DNA from: Prorocentrum cordatum
Taxonomy: Eukaryota
Direction of reading: 5' to 3'
DNA: 64,000 nucleotides
Assembly: GCA_963575745.1 (NCBI GenBank)
Contig: CAUYUJ010000001.1
Location: 2,914,001-2,978,000 of the forward strand
In this document: piece by piece, positions 12,798 to 24,590 of the stretch
Layout of the letters: the number at the start of each line of letters is the position of its first letter
Position numbering within the stretch: position 1 is the stretch's first letter
Notes under the pieces: generated by a model
Seen by the model: only the letters and a program-made list of their open reading frames with translations
What the model was told of the DNA's origin: nothing
Databases searched by the model: none
Position numbers and translations under genes: made by a program

Positions 12798-14357
12798 TCA
12801 AGCAAAGGACGCCATCGCAACGGAAGACGTGGAACGACTAGGATCAAATGGGTACGCAAGCTGATCAAGCTGTGTACGCGTCGCACATGCGTGGAGAGGT
12901 GTGCTCACGTCTTGGTGGTCGTCCTCCCCCAATAGACCTCCGACGGCAAACCCTGCCAACCGTAAATGCTTCACGTACACGTTCAAATACTCAAGGCCGG
13001 AGCCAGTATGGCCATGAACAACTTTCAGCTGAACAGGACCGAACACAACCCAGCGCGGATGTTCGATCGATTTCTGCAACACGCTGTACTGATAACCCCC
13101 AAATTGTTTGGCATCTGCCCATTTGCCCGTGACGTTCACTTCCTGGAAATACATCTCTGCACAATGTCCACCCGATCGGAACGCATCGGCTTGTACGCGA
13201 AGCATTGCTCCTTCAGACCCCACTCCACGTGGGATATTTATCAGGACATGCCTGCCTGGCAGCATCAAATCGAACCGCTCGCCATGAACGTTTTGAAGGT
13301 GGGGGTCCCCAGTGGCAGCCACGTCTCCGCCGGCTCCAGCCGCCGCAGTCGGGTGTGGCGTCGGCCAACCCAGAGGGTACGTCGGGCTGGGCGTCGGACT
13401 GGGCGTCGGATAGGCCGTTGGGAAGGGCGTCGGGAAAGCTGTCGGAAAGAACGTCGGGAAGAGCGTCGGGAAGGGCGTCGGAAAGGGTGTCGGGAAGGGC
13501 GTCGGACTCGGCGTTGGGTTCGACGTCGGGTACGGCGTCGGGCTAGGCGTCAACCCCGCGGCTGAATTTGGCGGACATGATGGCGTGCCGCTCCCTGTTA
13601 CAAGGGTCGCGCTTCCCGCTCTGTATGAATTTAAATCTGCCGCGGAATAATCAATCAAGGGCGACGCTGAGGTCGACATCCCGTTCATCGCATTGTTGAT
13701 GTCAGAAGCAGACAACCCAGATGACCACAACTGCACAGAATACACCTTGCCAGGTAAGTTTTCATCTTGGGTGGACTTGGCGAGAATCGTTATATCGTCG
13801 TTGAAGTTGGTGATCGCCTCGACATATAAGTGAATCCACGGGGCATATGTAGTCGAGGCAGAGCTGACAGCGGAAGCCAGGCCAGCAATGTCGGTGGCAA
13901 TCCCATTCACATAGAGTGTGTCCTTCCAGTAGCTGCCTTTGTGAAGGCCAGGAAAATTAAGGAACGACAGCCACCCCTTGGTGAGTCCATCGCGTGCGTC
14001 GAAGATGTACTCCCAGTCGTAGCCCCCATCTCTGTACGGTGCAAACCACATGGACAGTGCCCGAATATTGGTGACATATGGCAGTTGGATGTAGCCGCTC
14101 TGGTATGCAGAGACCTGCATGTATTGGCATGATGCCATCCCAGCGGTTTGGTTAATCGCATTGTGGGCAAACGGGCTCAGCAGCATGACGTCTTTGCCGC
14201 CAGACTTCGCGTCTTGACGCGGAGCTGGCACCAATGGCGTCGTTGACGCATCGAAGGCGATTGCGTCGCCTGTCGGTGAACTGAGGGCGTTATTCCCCCT
14301 GGGGGACCGGATCCCGATTACAGGCGGCACTAAAAGAAGTGCCAACCGCAAGACCAT
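12798..14357 (-). CDS. Intronless secreted protein: signal peptide, LamG/ConA-like domain, (PTPF)n stalk, C-terminal GDPH (VWD-like) domain; probable retrogene
   Basis: 519-aa ATG-to-TGA ORF; hydrophobic N-terminus [23 protein letters not shown] and [18 protein letters not shown] resemble LamG-like folds; Pro/Thr repeats; [17 protein letters not shown]. Confidence 0.88.
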   Translation of the reverse strand: MVLRLALLLVPPVIGIRSPRGNNALSSPTGDAIAFDASTTPLVPAPRQDAKSGGKDVMLLSPFAHNAINQTAGMASCQYMQVSAYQSGYIQLPYVTNIRALSMWFAPYRDGGYDWEYIFDARDGLTKGWLSFLNFPGLHKGSYWKDTLYVNGIATDIAGLASAVSSASTTYAPWIHLYVEAITNFNDDITILAKSTQDENLPGKVYSVQLWSSGLSASDINNAMNGMSTSASPLIDYSAADLNSYRAGSATLVTGSGTPSCPPNSAAGLTPSPTPYPTSNPTPSPTPFPTPFPTPFPTLFPTFFPTAFPTPFPTAYPTPSPTPSPTYPLGWPTPHPTAAAGAGGDVAATGDPHLQNVHGERFDLMLPGRHVLINIPRGVGSEGAMLRVQADAFRSGGHCAEMYFQEVNVTGKWADAKQFGGYQYSVLQKSIEHPRWVVFGPVQLKVVHGHTGSGLEYLNVYVKHLRLAGFAVGGLLGEDDHQDVSTPLHACATRTQLDQLAYPFDPSRSTSSVAMASFA

Positions 14358-14428
14358 TGAAAAGGTGAGGTATAAGAATCAAGTGTAGTCTTTCTTTCAG
14401 AGTAGACCTTTCAGAAGTATCAATGGAG

Positions 14429-14450
14429 CGCGAGCCAGAATGGCGACGGA
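14429..14450 (-). other. Relict dinoflagellate spliced leader upstream of the 519-aa ORF
   Basis: TCCGTCGCCATTCTGGCTCGCG vs DinoSL TCCGTAGCCATTTTGGCTCAAG: 18/22 ungapped, sense orientation, 71 nt before the ATG. Confidence 0.8.
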
Positions 14451-15000
14451 GCCCTTCTCGAGTTATCTTGGAAGGCATTTTCGGTATGCTCGAGGCGTCG
14501 GAGGGTGCATGTGGAGGCCACGGGGGCCCGGGCAATGCGTTCGCGCGTTCGCAACCATACCCCCTAACGGGATTTTGGACCCCTAGGGGGGGGGGGGAAT
14601 TTGGGGGGGACAACCGAACATCTCACACGCCTTCCAACCCCGGGCAAAAGTGGATCGGCGGAGTCACTCACCACGATCGAACAATTTCTCCGACCTAGCA
14701 AGAACTCTTAGACTTCCCCCACCTTTCCGAGGCCGGACTGATCGGCTCATCTCAACATGATTTGCTCTCGTCGCTATGATGTCACAGGGAGTCACAGTAT
14801 CGCCCGCCCCCTGCACTCCTGTCAAGTGGTACATTGCGTTGTACATGCGTTGAGCTAGGAAGCGTTTTTGCTAAGACCCCCTTGCGAAGTACGCATTGCG
14901 GGGCGCCGCGCCGCCGCGCGCGCATGCCCAAATCCTTCGAACGCAAGTTATGTAACAAGCTCAAGCACCGCTGATCACATGTATTACCTGAGGCGTACCC

Positions 15001-16905
15001 AACCTCTTCTCCACGCCAGGCGAATAGTTGTATGAACGCTCCGCACAACAAAACACATCGCCAGATATAAACGATCAGGGCTGCCATCATCTCCGCTGCG
15101 CCTCCCAGAAGCTCACGAAAATGGCGACAATTGCGCAGTTCGTAGCCTCCCATGGAGCTGCGAGGTCTCGGCTGGATCCACGTGGCCCCCGACTCCGCTG
15201 GACCTCTCAGGATCTCACGAAAGTGGCGACGGTTGCGCAGTTGGCAGCCACACAGAGAGCTGCGAGGTCTCGTCTGGGTGCGCGTGGCCCCCAACTCCAC
15301 TAGACCTCTCAGGAGCCTACGAAAGTGGCGACCCTTGCGCAGTTCGCAGCCACACAAGGGAGCTGCGAGGCCTTACATGATTGCACGTGGCCTTCGACTC
15401 AGCTGGACCTCCCAGGAGCCCACGAAAATGGCGACGGTTGCTCAGTTTGCAGCCACCCGGGGAGCAGCGAGGTCTTGTCCGGGCGCGCGTGGCCCCCGAC
15501 TCCGCTGAACCTCCCAGGAACACACGTGAGTGGCGACGGTTGCGCAGTTCGCAGCCACCCAGCGAGCAGCGACGAGCCTCTCAGGAGCACGCGAACATGG
15601 CGACAATTGCTCAATTCACACTCCCCCCGAGGGGCTGCAAGGTCCGCGGCTGGGTGCGCGTACTCCGCGACACCGCCGTGCCTCCCAAGAGCCCGCGAAC
15701 GTGGCGACAGCTGCGCAACCCACAACCACCCAAAGAACTGCGAGGTCTCGGCTGGGCGCGCGTACTCCGCGACTCCGCCGTACCCCCCAGGAGCTCACGA
15801 ACGTGCCGACAATTCCGCAGTTCGCAGGAACCCAGGGAGCTGTGAAATCTCAGCTGGATCAACGCAGCCCCCTACGTATTCCGCCGTGCCCCCAAGAGAC
15901 CGCGACACTAGCGACAATTGTGCTATTCGTAACCACCCACGGAACTGCCGAATCTCGGCTGGATCCGCGTATTTCGCTACTCCGCAATGCCTCCCCAGAG
16001 CACGCGAACGTGGCGATTGGCCATAGTTGATCAATTCCCAATCCCCGTGGGGAGCGGCGGGGCCTCGACTGGATCTACGCCCTCCGCTGTACTCCGTGCC
16101 CCTCCCCAATAGCCCACGACAATGGCAACCGTTGCGCAATTCGCAACCTCCGAAAGACCTGCGAAATCTCGACTGGAACCGCGGGCTCCCCTACTCAGCC
16201 GTGCCTCCCAGGAGCCTACGAAAGTTGCGACGGTGGCGCAGTTCGCCGCCTCCCAAGGAGCTGCGAAGTCTCGGCTGGATCCACATACTCCGCCACTTCG
16301 ACGTGCCCCCCCCCCAGGAGCCCACGAGAATGGCGCCAACTGCGCAATTCGTAATCCCCCAAATAGCTGCGAATCCGCGGCTGAATGCACGTGCTCCGCT
16401 ATTCCGCCGTGCATCCCAAGAGACAGCGAAAATGGCGACAGCTGCGCAATGCGCAACCTTCCACGGAACTGCGATGCCTCGGCTGGGCCATCGTACTCCC
16501 CTACCCCGCCGTGCCCCCCCCCCCCCCCCCCCCCCCCCAGGAGCCCACGCACGTGGCGACAAGTACGCAATTCGCAACCGCCCAAGGAGCTGCGAAATCT
16601 CGAGAGGGGATCCGCGCACTGCGCTGCTCCGCAGTGCATTCCAAGAGCCCCCGAACATGGCGACAAATGTGCAAGTCGGAACCCCGCAAGGAACTGCGAG
16701 GTCTCGGCTGGACCCGCGTACTCCGCTACTCCGTCGCGCATCCTAATGGTGACGCTTGCGCAGTCCACAATCCCCCAGGGAACTGCGAGTCCGCGGCTGG
16801 GTGCGCATACTCCGCGACCCCGCCGTACCTCCCAAGGGCCCGCGAAAGTGACGACCGTTGCGCAGCTCGCAGCCACGCAGGGAGCAGCGCAGGAGCAAGC
16901 ATGAT
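15001..16905 (+). repeat. Satellite-containing element, copy 1 (unique head + degenerate ~100-120-bp tandem array + tail)
   Basis: Unit resembles ccgccgtgcctcccaggagcccacgaaagtggcgacggttgcgcagttcgca...ctgcgaggtctcggctgggtgcgcgtactccgcgac; head and tail shared with copy 2. Confidence 0.85.
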
Positions 16906-17000
16906 GACGGAGAGGCGGGGGGATGAGCTGCGACTGCAGTGCCCGATCCAAAACGACAACCCAACACAAGAGGGCTGGGAATACAGTCATCGGCCTGACC

Positions 17001-17155
17001 TAAGGAACGATAAATAAGGAACGAAGCCCCTTTCTTCCAAGGAATAACTCATAGGGAACGATTAACAAATAATCCATACCGCATAGGGAACGATACATAA
17101 CGCATGCAAGCCTAAGGAACGACCGAGCCCCTTTTGAAAAGTAAGCGTTCCTTAT
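17001..17155. repeat. TA(A/G)GGAACG motif cluster: 5 direct copies and 1 inverted copy
   Basis: taaggaacga, taaggaacga, tagggaacga, tagggaacga, taaggaacga, then cgttcctta. Confidence 0.8.
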
Positions 17156-17190
17156 TCAAGCCGCTCACTGTAATTGCGCGAGGCGAACAC

Positions 17191-19300
17191 AACCCCTTCT
17201 CCACGTTAAGCGAATATTCGTAGGATCGCTCCATACAAAAGAACACCCCGCCACATATGCACGACCAGGGCTGCCCCTATCCCCTCTAGACTTCCCAGAG
17301 CCCACGACAATGACGACAATTTCGCAATTCGCAACCGCCCACGGAACAACGAAACCTCGGCTGGAACCGCACACTCCGCCGTGCCTCCCAATGACCCACT
17401 AACGCGGCGACAATGGCGCAATTCGCAACCACCCACGGAACTGCGAAGCCTCGGCTGGATCCGCGTGCCCCCCAGTGCCCCCCCACATGCGCCCACGAAC
17501 GTGGCGACACTTGCACAATCCACAGCCTCCCCAGAGGCCTGTGAGGTCTCGGCTGGGTGCGCGTGGTCCCCGACCCCGCTGGACTCCCCAGAGGCCACCG
17601 AGCGCGGCGACGGCTGCGCAATTCGCAACCTCCCCAGAGGCCTGCGAGGCCTCGGCCGGGCGCGCATGCTCCCCGACCCCGCCGCGCCTCCCAGGAGCAC
17701 GCCAGAGTGGCGGAGGACACTAGGAGGAGGGGGAGGAGGAGGAGGAGGAGGAGGAGGAGGAGGAGGAGGAGGAGGAGGAGGAGGAGGACGAGGGAGGGGA
17801 AGGGGCAGGAGGAGGAGGAGGAGGAGGCGGAGGAGGAGGAGAAGGAGGAGGAGGAGGAGGAGGACAAGGAGGAGGAGGAGGAGGACGAGAACGAGGAGGA
17901 GGAGGAGGACGAGGGAGGGAGGCGGACGAGGAGGAGAAGGATGACGAGGAGGAGGAGGAGGAGGAGGGCGAGTGTTAGGCCCCCCAAAGGAGCTGCGACA
18001 TACCGGATGGGCGCACGAACTCCGCGACTCCGCCGTGCCTCCCCAGCAGCCGCGAAAGAGGCGACAATTGCGCAATGCGCAACAACCTCGGACCCGTATA
18101 CTCCGCTACACCGCCGTGTATGCTAGGACCCCCCGAAAGTGGCGACGGCTGCTCAGTTCGTAGCCGCAGCCCCCCAAAGGAGCTGTGAAGTCTCGGCTGT
18201 GTGCGCGTACTCCGCGACTCCTCCGTGCCTCCCGGGAGCCTACGAAAATGGAGACGTTTGCGCGGTTCGCAGCCCCCCCAGAGAGCTGCGAAGTTCCGCC
18301 TGGGTGCGCGTACTCCACGACCGTGCCATGAACCCACGAACGTGGCGACCGTTGCGCCGTTCGCAACCACCCAAAGACTTGCGAGGTCTCGGCTGGGCGC
18401 GCGTACTCCGCGACTCCGCCGCTGTGTGCGCGGTCTCCGCGAAACGCCCACGAAAGTGGCGACAATTGCGCAGCCCGCACCCCCCTCCCCTCAAGGAGCT
18501 GCGAGATCTCGGCTGGAGATGCGCACTCCGCGACCCCGCCGTGCCTCCCAGGAGGCCCCGAAAGTGGTGACGGTTGCGCAGTTCGCAACCCACCAGGGAA
18601 CTGCCAAATCTCGGCTGGGTGCGCGTACTCCGCGACCCCGTCGTGCCTCCCAGGGCTCCCCGAAAGTGGCGACACTTGCGGCCTCCCAGGACCTCCCGAA
18701 AGAGGCGACGGTTGCGCAGTTCGCAACCTCCCCAAAGAACTGCAAGGTCTCGGCTAGGTGCGCGTACTCCGCGACTCCGCCGTGCCCCCAGGAGCCCACG
18801 AAAGTGGTGACAGATGCGCAAAACGCAACCCCCAAAGAGCTGCGAGGTCTCGGCTGGGTGCGCGTACTCCGCGACCCCGTCGCTGTGTGTGCGTCGTCCG
18901 CGACCCCGCCGTGCATCCCAGGAGCCAGCGAAAGTAGCGACCCTTGCGCACTTCGCAGCCTCCCAGCGAACTGCGGACCCTCGGCTGGATCAAGAAACTC
19001 CGCGATTCCGCCATGTCCCCCAAGAGCCAACGAACGTGGCGACGACTGCCCAGTTCTCAACTCTCAGAGAGCTGCGAGGTATCGGCTGGGTGCGCGTACT
19101 CTGCGACCCAGCCGTGCCTCTCAGGAGCCCACGACAATGGCGACGGTTGCGCAATTCGCAGCCCCCCCCCCCAACAAAGGGGCGACGAAATCTCGGTCGG
19201 GTGCGCGTATTCCGCTGCTCCGCCGTGCCTCCCAGGAGCCTTGCGAGAGTGGCGACAGCTGCGCAGTTTGCAACCACCCAGGGAGCAGCGCAGGAGGAGG
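17191..19300 (+). repeat. Satellite-containing element, copy 2, interrupted by (GGA)n at ~17722-17965
   Basis: Head aaccccttctccacg...gcgaata...cagggctgcc matches 15001-15085; tail cagggagcagcgcaggag matches ~16878-16895. Confidence 0.85.
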
Positions 19301-19767
19301 CAGGAAGAGGGGGGAGGCGAGGAAGGTGTGCGACCGCGGCGCTAGGTGTTTTTCGTGTTCGTGCTGGTGTCGTGTTCCCTCGTCCTGTCGCCAATCCGCC
19401 TTTGCCGCAACACGACATCGAAACGAAAACTGCCCACGAACTCGCCAAACCACCGTTTGGGTCGAGCCATGTCTGTCACATCCCACCATGCGGGCCAAGT
19501 GCGCCTGCACGTCGGAGACGCTCAACCACCATCGCTCGCCCACCAACGCCGTCAAACCATGGTATGCGGGCCACACGTGCGCGCGAGTTCACCGCGAGCA
19601 TGTCGAAGCGGCCTCAAAACCACCGGTTGTCCAACCATTTCGGCATAGAAAGGTTCGGCAACATGGGGCACCACACTGGTTTTCAAGAACGCACGTCGAG
19701 ATGAAGCAATTATTCAGCCATATGCGGGAGCGCCTTTCTTATCACCCTCAGCAGCGCAAGCGTTCTT

Positions 19768-20330
19768 ACCATCGCCATCGTCACGATTACCATCGTCTGC
19801 ATCATCATCAGCATTATAAGCAACATCATCACCAACATCATCATCAACAACATCATCGTAACCATCATCAAAGTCACGATCACCATCACCGTCATCATCA
19901 TAAGCATCGTCATCCTCAGCATCAACATCATCAATACCATCAGCATCACCATCACTATCACCGTCACTATCATCATCACCATCACCATTACCACCATACT
20001 CATCATCACCACCATCATCATACTCACCACCATCACCATCGTCGGGACCATCACCACCGCCGTCAACATCGTCATCACCGATGTCATCGCCTTCATCAAC
20101 TTCTGCGAGCGGGCGTTTCGTCATCATCATAAGCAACACCATGGTCATCATCGCCAACATCCTCCATATCCCGACATGATTGTCACCACCACCGTCACCA
20201 CTATCACCGTCGTCATCGTCGACGACATCGTATCGTCCCCATTCCCACTGCTATCGCCATCCGCATCACCGTCATCACCACTGTCATCGCCATCGTCGCA
20301 GGCGTCGCGGTCGTTACCATCGCCACAACC
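19768..20330. repeat. Degenerate (CAT/CAC)n microsatellite
   Basis: Trinucleotide run that generates spurious poly-His/poly-Met ORFs. Confidence 0.93.
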
Positions 20331-20759
20331 ATTTCGCGGCATTGAGGACGGACTTGTCTACGCGGTTGAGTTCCACGCGCCCATGCGCTCGTTGAGATCA
20401 TGGCCATATGAGCTGTCACGACAAATTGCGGGTGAGTGGGCGGGATGTTTGCACCAGCATGGGAGCTTGTCACGTGCGGACGTTGCACGGTGGGTGCTTG
20501 TAAATATAGACTAATACCATCCCCGGCCAACCCGCATCGAAACCCCCGCCATCGCCGTCACAAAACATTCCATGCAATTCACACGCGGTGTTGATTCAAC
20601 AATCACGTGATGTAATATTCACCACGAATCTGGAACGACATAGCTTGCACTGTATCAGAATGATGGAACTACCCGTCTTACACTGGACTGTCTCAGGGTG
20701 CGTGGCTGAAATGCCGTTACCCGGTGCAAACTCACCCTCTTCTTGTTCCAAATCACGCT

Positions 20760-20945
20760 CCTCGACCCACCCGCGACCCGCCGCACGACCCGCCCCGCGA
20801 CACACCCGCGACACACCCGCGACCAACCCCGCGACTCACCCGCGACCCACCCGCGACACACCCTCGACTCGCCCCGCGACCCACCCTCGATCCACCTAAG
20901 ACCCACCGCGAACCGCCACACGGTTCGCCCGCCGACCCGCCGAAG
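20760..20945. repeat. ~11-bp minisatellite (ACCCGCGAC core)
   Basis: Repeated acccgcgac/cacccgcgac motifs. Confidence 0.8.
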
Positions 20946-22021
20946 ATCCATCCTGGACTTGGGACGCAAGGGTAGACTACCGAATCAATGGTGAGTTCAG
21001 GCTTTGCTCTCGTGACCCCTTCTCAAGCTCCACCTTCCGCCTCATCCACCCCGCCTCATCCGCTTCCGTCTCGTCCTTTTTTCTCTGCGCTCCCACTTCT
21101 CTCGTTATCCTTAACTGATGCAGATCATATGGTTCAGATCTACATCGGCACTGGACCTCCGCAGGGTATCCTGCTTTCTGGAAGCATGTGTAAGTCAAGA
21201 CTCCTTGTTTGAAGCAGGCTATTGAGCACCGACGGGGAAAGCAAATACCGAAAGGAGCTGGTCTACAGCTGGCCTTCCGAGCCAAGCCTTTGCGCTGCAA
21301 AAGTCCGAAGCTTCTGATATGAAGCCTGCTATTCACAGTGCTGCAAAATGGCAGGGGAGGCCGTGGTGAGGGCGTGGACTCTATCACCCTGATCTCGTGT
21401 CCCGCCGATGCGGAGTGAGAAGGGAAAAAGGATGGAGCAGGTAGGATGGCCATACTGAGTGGGAACAGGCCGCCAGTCTTCCTGTGCCCATATGAAATTC
21501 CTCCGAGCCAGCAGGATTTCGTATACAAAAGCGCAGCGCTGATGGGACACCACACCGACGGCCTAAACCAGTACAACATTAGACAGAAAGGTCCTGATGC
21601 TCTTTAGAGCACGCTGTACGGCCTTCTAGAGGTGCTGCTTGGGGGATGCCTCGAAGCAGGCAGGCGGGGGGGGGGGGCGCCTCGTCACTGCTCGAATGGG
21701 GGGAGGAGGAGAGAAGACGAGGATGAGTGAGGAGGAACAGGAGGAGAAGGGGGAGAGGGAAGACGAGGGGGAGGAGGGTTATTCCCTCCACCCTCCTCCT
21801 CCTCCTCCTCCTCCTCCAAATCACGGCCATGACAATAATGACGACGACGACGTTGACGATGACATTGACGAAGACGACGACGACAACGACGACGACCACG
21901 ACCCCCGGCGCCACCTCTGGCGAGGGGGCCCAGGGGCCAAGCAGCCCGTCCACGCCGCGGGCGCCGACGCGGCGGGCGGCCGACCTGGAGGCGCCGCGCG
22001 GACCGGGGAGGGGTGCGGGGG

Positions 22022-22562
22022 GGGGGGATGGCAGTGGCGGCGGGAGGACGAGCAGGAGGGAAGGGCCCGCCTCTCTTCCCCCGCGCCATTGGAGGCGTCT
22101 CTCTCTCCTCGGGCGGGGACCCTTTGGCCTCTTAGGGCGCTTCGGGGGGGATGGCAGTGGCGGCGGGAGGACGAGCAGGAGGGAAGGGCCCGCCTCTCTT
22201 CCCCCGCGCCATTGGAGGCGTCTCTCTCCCCTCGGGCGGGGACCCTCTGGCCTCTCAGGGGGCGCTGCGGGCGCGTCGGCCGCCGCGGCGGCGCGGCGCG
22301 GTGCGGTGGAGGAGCGCCGTGGACTCCGCGGGCCTGCGAGTCCCCTCGGGAGTGCAGTGAGTAAGGAGAGGAGGGAGAGGAGGAGGATGGCTGGAGGAGG
22401 GGGGGGCGCAGAGGAGCACCAGGTGCCGACGCTGCAACAGTTCCCTCGTGCTCGCCGTCGTGGGCCTCTGCAGGAGAGGAGGGAGAGGAGGAGGATGGAT
22501 GGAGGAGGGGGGGGCTCAGAGGAGCACAGGGCGCCGACACTGCAGCATTTCCCTCGTGTGCG
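22022..22562. repeat. Two local tandem duplications (~122-bp and ~108-bp periods)
   Basis: gatggcagtggcggcgggaggacgagcagg... at ~22027 and ~22150; ggagaggagggagaggaggaggatgg... at ~22364 and ~22472. Confidence 0.88.
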
Positions 22563-23224
22563 ACTCTGGGGAGGCACTCGTCGCCACGGCTGGATCCGTC
22601 TAGAATCTTTAATCAGAACGCACCCCGGTAGTGGTCCAAGGAGCAATGGTCCCTTTTGGTTTCCCCTGGAGGCAGGTCCCGAGGGAAAAGGGCGTGCAAC
22701 GCCGAGGGAGAGGGCGCGCATGTTGCGCCATCACGTCACCAGCGGCTGCAGCAAAGGGACAGCACGCGTAAACATGCTGCAAAGGGTAGGATCCGCAACA
22801 CATGCCAACATACCTGAGCCCCACCAATAAAGTCATTGTAGCCTCCTATCTGCATTAGTTGCTCTGCTTGCAATACACCGCCGCGCCACCAATAAACAAC
22901 GCATGGGTCTGGCAAGAACGGCAGAATGAAGGAGGGCGAGAGAATGGGGAGGTACGCATGCGAGTCGGGTATGTCCGTGACCACCGACTGGGGGATCGAT
23001 CTTCGGGATCTTCGGCAGGCGATGGATATGGACGTATTTCCCCTACCCCCAGGTCCGAAAATATTCGGAGCCACCGTCTGCCGAGGTGCCGAAGATCGAT
23101 AACCCGGCGGTGGTTATGGTTGAATCCCCGCCTCGGCAAGCAAAGAGCTCAAAGAAAGCGCCCGTGCCCCGCTTTTTTTACCGGCGGGGCAGAGGGTCCT
23201 CAAGCGCGAACAGCAGATGGAAGT

Positions 23225-23960
23225 GCTAATCCTACCAGCTCTCTGGGCATAGGTGGTCTAGGGCGTTTCCTCTTCCAACCCCCTTTTTTCCCTTCGGGGA
23301 AGGGTTTATCACCGTTCCCAATTAATGTACCCCCCCCCCAACCGGCCGGCGGTCAACCCAGAACCATGCCAACCCAATGCGGGTCCCCCCCCACCATCCC
23401 TGTCAAGACACACAGCAAAACGCACTCTGCCTCCACATTTGGATCATGCTTGGCCAACCCGGTGCGCCTCCCCAACCATCCCTGCCAGCAAAAATACAAA
23501 ATACACTTTGGGGCAAAGTCTTGTCTGGAGTCATGTTCGTGAGGCCCGCGACCACTTTGTATGGTTTTTAGCAGGGACGGCGGGGGTGTCAGCACGTTCC
23601 CTGCTTCGCGCAGGGCTATCATCTCTGACACAACAACAATACAAAATGCACCTCGCGGCTTAATCTGGATCGTGCGCGGCCACCCCGCGATCACTGTCAA
23701 GTTGTTTCTGTTGGCGGGGACGGCGGGGGTGGTGGCACGTGGCCTGCTGTGCGCAGGCCCACCAGACACAATGATGGGCATTCTTTTGCGACAAGGATGG
23801 AAGGGGGCCGACATATTTCCCGATGTGTGCCCCGAACGTGGCGCACCTGGCGCGGCTGGAGTGTGCAACACACCTGGCGCACCTGGAGCACGTGGCGCAT
23901 CTGGCGCACCAGGCGTGCCTGGCACGCTCGGGCCCCAAGGGTGGCGCGCGTGGCGTCCCC
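23225..23960 (+). repeat. ~730-bp dispersed repeat with internal inverted motifs (copy A)
   Basis: Colinear with 53370-54105; diverged partial copy at ~8370-8600. Confidence 0.9.
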
Positions 23961-24259
23961 GGCACGAGGAAGCCGACATCACTCATTTTACCAACATTTT
24001 GGCTCCATTTTGGCCTCCTGTTGGGGGGGACCGTAATTAAGGACCCCCCCTTCGTTGACCGATATCATCCAAGATGGCCCCAAGAAGCGCCCAGGAAGCC
24101 CCAAAAGGCCCCAAGATGGCCGCAACAGGCCCCCAAGAGGCCCCCAGGAGGCCCCCAAGAGGACCCCGAGCGGCCCAAAGAGGCCCCCCCGAGGCACCCA
24201 AGACGCCGAAAAGCCCCTCAGGACGGCCCTCTACTCGCCTGGGCGTCGTTTCTGGATGG

Positions 24260-24590
24260 GTTGGTGGGGATACTTTTTTAGTCAGCGGCCGCGGGCGAGC
24301 GCGCCGGCGGCGAGTCCAGTCAAAGCGGGGCACGCAACGACGAATTAACCTAAGGCGACGGAGGGTGGCCACACCTACAGCGGCAAGCCGAGCCCTCACG
24401 CAGCAGCCCAGCGGCGGACCGGGCTGGTGGGGATACTTTTTTTTGGTCGCGGCCGCGGGCGAGAGCGCACACGGCGAGTCGTAAGTCCCGCCTGGTGGGG
24501 ATACTTTTTTTTTAACAGCCGCAGGCGGAAGCGCCGGCGGCGAGCGGTCACGGTCGGGCTGCGGCCGTGACGAATTACCCCGGCGCGCGC
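24260..24590 (+). repeat. Triplicated GGTGGGGATAC(T)n unit
   Basis: Copies at ~24262, 24425 and 24493, each followed by GC-rich cggcgag-containing sequence. Confidence 0.85.

Noticed and set aside
15421..15440. SL-like CCGTCGCCATTTT inside the satellite unit
   Set aside because: Most units read aaagtggcgac and the GGCTCAAG half is absent
19340..19740. Possible RTE 3' remnant (AHLARM-like motif, minus strand)
   Set aside because: Single weak motif, too degraded to call
18201..20132. 643-aa ORF with His-rich tail
   Set aside because: Translation of satellite plus (CAT)n microsatellite; stop-poor low-complexity DNA
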